This document shows positions 61,653 through 64,000 of a stretch of DNA of 64,000 nucleotides, one piece after another; within the stretch, counting starts at the first letter, position 1; each line of letters starts with the position of its first letter. The position numbers and the translations under genes are program-made. Under the pieces are notes generated by a model. It made no database searches. It saw nothing but the letters and a program-made list of their open reading frames with translations, and was not told the origin of the DNA. Source of the DNA: Candidatus Eiseniibacteriota bacterium (GTDB taxonomy: Bacteria; Eisenbacteria; RBG-16-71-46); the NCBI GenBank assembly GCA_963744995.1, contig CAVUWA010000011.1, forward strand, positions 192,001-256,000. Reading direction: 5' to 3'.

Positions 61653-63547
61653 GTGCCGCCTGGACGGCCGCGCTCGGGCGCGCTTCGCTCGAGTCCGCGC
61701 TGGCGGTGCTCGCGGTGGCCGCGGTCATCCGGCTCGTGCCGCGGCTGCCGGCCTGGGCGCGCTGCGCGCTGTGGTGGCTCGCGAGCGCCCGCGCGCTGAT
61801 CGCGTGCGCCGGTCTGCCGGGCGTGCCGCTGCCGCTGCTGCCGGCCGCAAGCGCACCGGCCTCCCTCCCGGGGGCCGCCGCGCCGCTGTCGTCCGTCGCC
61901 GCGGCGCCCGCGCTCCCCGCGCCGTCCGCCGGCGCGCCCTTCGACCCGGTCCTCCTCGCATGGTTCGCGATCGCCGTGCTGTGGGCGGCGGGTGCGCTCG
62001 TGCTGGCGCTCCGGCAGGGCCTCGCGGCGCGCCGCGCCCTCGCCCTGTGGCGAGGCGCCCGGGAGCTCGAATCGGACGGGGCGCGCACGTGGCTCGGCGC
62101 CTGGCTGGGCGAGCCCCGCGCGCAGCGCGTCGAGCTGCGCGCGAGCGACGCCGTGGCGGCGCCGCTGCTGCTCGGCTGGGGGCGGCCGCGCATCGTCGTG
62201 CCGGCTTCCTTCGAGCGCACGCTCCCTTCGCGCGCGCGCATGGCGCTCGCCCACGAGACGGCGCACCTCCTGCGCCGCGACCTCTGGTGGGGATGGGTGC
62301 CCGCGCTCGCCGAGTGTGTGTTCTGGTTCCACCCGATCGTCCGCTGGGCGGTGATGGAGTACGCCCAGTCGCGCGAAGAGGCCTGCGATGCACGGGCGAT
62401 CGAACTCACAGGCGCCGAGCCCGGGGGCTATGGCGAGATGCTGGTCGGCTTCGGCGTGGATCGCGTCCGCTTCGGACATGCGGCCGCGTCCTGCGGGAGT
62501 CGCCATGCGCGTCAACTCACGAGGAGGCTCCACATGCTGTCCCATCTGAAATCCATGACCCGCCTGCAGCGCATCGCCGTCGTGACCGGAGTCGCCGCGA
62601 TCGGCCTCTTCGCCATCGTGCCGCTGCGCGTCGTCGCCGCACAGCGCCCCGCGGCGGAGGCCGAATTCGCCGCGCCGCCCTCCGCTTCGACCACCGTGAT
62701 CGAGGCGGACGCTGCCGGCGGCGCGGCGGCCGAGGGCGACGGGTCGGCCGCCGCTGCGGAGGCCGAAGCCGGGGCGCGGACGTCCGCGCCGGTCACCGTG
62801 ATCGAGGCGCCGGGTGACGACGCGACGGATGCCGGCGCGGCCGGGGGCGACCGGCCTGCCGCCGGGCACGATCGACGCGGAGACGACGAGGCGGACGACG
62901 ACGCTTTCGGGTACTCCTGGACCGACCAGGGCGACGGGTTCTCCTTCGGCCTGCTGGGCGGCGGCGACGACAACACGCTCTCGGGATCGTTCGGCGATGG
63001 CGACTGGAGCAGGATCCGCCGGCTGAGCCGGCAGAATCCCGACCGCATCTTCTGGTTCCGCCTGCAAGGGCGCGATTACGTGGTGCACGACCGCGCCATC
63101 GTGAACCGCGTGCGGGAGATGATGAAGCCGCAGATCGAGCTCGGTCGCCGCCAGGGCGCGCTCGGCGCGCAACAGGCCGAGCTGGGCGAGCAGCAGGCGC
63201 GGCTCGGCAGCCGGCAGGCTGGCCTGGGCGCCAGGCAGGCCGAGCTGGCCGCACGGCTCGCAGATCTCTCGATGGACGCGTCTTTCGGCGACGCCTCGCG
63301 CGCCGAGCGCGCCGAGATGCGCCGGAAGATCGACGACATCCAGGATCGCATCCACGTGCTCTCGCGGCAGCAGCGCGAGCTGGGCGATCAACAGCAGGCA
63401 TTGGGCGATCAGCAGAGCGAGCTCGGCGCGAAGCAGAGCGCCCTCGGCGAGAGGCAGCGCGCAGAGGCGGAAAGGGCCCGTCCCGCGGTGCGCCGCCTCG
63501 CCGCGCAGTGCGTGCGCGACGGCCGCGCGGAGCGGTGGAAGGACTAG
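61649..63547 (+). CDS. M56 family (BlaR1-like) metallopeptidase sensor with coiled-coil C-terminus
   Basis: P.IVVP, LAHETAH..RRD, FWFHP, E.ACD, L.RRL.ML. GTGA overlap with the repressor gene. Confidence 0.9.
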   Translation: MSAAWTAALGRASLESALAVLAVAAVIRLVPRLPAWARCALWWLASARALIACAGLPGVPLPLLPAASAPASLPGAAAPLSSVAAAPALPAPSAGAPFDPVLLAWFAIAVLWAAGALVLALRQGLAARRALALWRGARELESDGARTWLGAWLGEPRAQRVELRASDAVAAPLLLGWGRPRIVVPASFERTLPSRARMALAHETAHLLRRDLWWGWVPALAECVFWFHPIVRWAVMEYAQSREEACDARAIELTGAEPGGYGEMLVGFGVDRVRFGHAAASCGSRHARQLTRRLHMLSHLKSMTRLQRIAVVTGVAAIGLFAIVPLRVVAAQRPAAEAEFAAPPSASTTVIEADAAGGAAAEGDGSAAAAEAEAGARTSAPVTVIEAPGDDATDAGAAGGDRPAAGHDRRGDDEADDDAFGYSWTDQGDGFSFGLLGGGDDNTLSGSFGDGDWSRIRRLSRQNPDRIFWFRLQGRDYVVHDRAIVNRVREMMKPQIELGRRQGALGAQQAELGEQQARLGSRQAGLGARQAELAARLADLSMDASFGDASRAERAEMRRKIDDIQDRIHVLSRQQRELGDQQQALGDQQSELGAKQSALGERQRAEAERARPAVRRLAAQCVRDGRAERWKD

Positions 63548-63638
63548 CGCGAGGGCGATGTGCGCCCGGTCGCATGGGCCGGGCGCGCGCCCGCGACGTT
63601 ACGACGCCGCGGGGAGCACGCGGCGCGCGGCGACGTCG

Positions 63639-64000
63639 CTACTGCTCGGAGTAGTTCCAGAGCAGGCCGCCATCCACGAACAGCGTGGAGCCCGTCATGT
63701 AGCCGGCGTCGTCCGAGGCGAGGAACGCGACGAGCCCCGCGACGTCGTCCGGCTGCCCGAGGCGTCCGAGCGGGATGTTGGCGAGCAGGGCCTTCAGCTC
63801 GCCCTTGTTCTCGAGGAGCTTCGCGTTGATCGGCGTCTCGATCGCGCCGGGCGCGATGTTGTTGATCGTGATCCCGAGCGGTGCGAGCTCGATCGCGAGG
63901 TCGCGGGTCAGCATCCTCAGCCCGCCCTTGCTCGCGCAGTAGCTCGCGAAGTGCGGGAACGGCAGTTCCTCGTGGACCGAACTGATGTTGACGATCCGCC
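63639..64000 (-). CDS. SDR oxidoreductase, glucose 1-dehydrogenase-like (5'-partial)
   Basis: INISSVHE, YCASKGG, NNIAPGAIETPIN, IPLGRLG, TGSTLFVDGG. Confidence 0.88.
   Translation of the reverse strand, partial: RIVNISSVHEELPFPHFASYCASKGGLRMLTRDLAIELAPLGITINNIAPGAIETPINAKLLENKGELKALLANIPLGRLGQPDDVAGLVAFLASDDAGYMTGSTLFVDGGLLWNYSEQ

Overview
This is a very GC-rich bacterial chromosomal segment with about 52 genes. I found no rRNA, tRNA, CRISPR array, transposase, integrase or phage genes. Two secreted proteins end in a shared tail (P-x4-SWG-x2-K-x2-YR), which from recall points to a Ca. Eisenbacteria/Krumholzibacteria-like lineage (inference). Housekeeping genes include an alpha-glucan phosphorylase, an AroH-TyrA fusion, rlmD, pepA, nadE, pduO, efp, three GT2 enzymes, an ABC exporter, a LytS/LytTR system and a BlaI/BlaR1 pair. 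The most interesting observations are: (1) a Rho homologue with an intact motor but no OB-fold RNA-binding domain, which instead has an Arg-rich disordered N-terminus and follows a ~470-nt hairpin-dense transcribed leader; (2) a complete unannotated Tyr leader-peptide attenuator upstream of the AroH-TyrA fusion; (3) a giant kinase-ATPase-TPR-GAF-sigma54 activator followed by a small secreted protein, a dead AAA+ domain and a pseudo-receiver; (4) a Lon with no N-domain, no Walker B glutamate and no pore-loop tyrosine but an intact protease dyad; (5) two more promoter-flanked structured ncRNA candidates; (6) the SWG..K..YR putative sorting tail. All family assignments come from motifs recognised by eye and all RNA folds are by hand; no searches were run.
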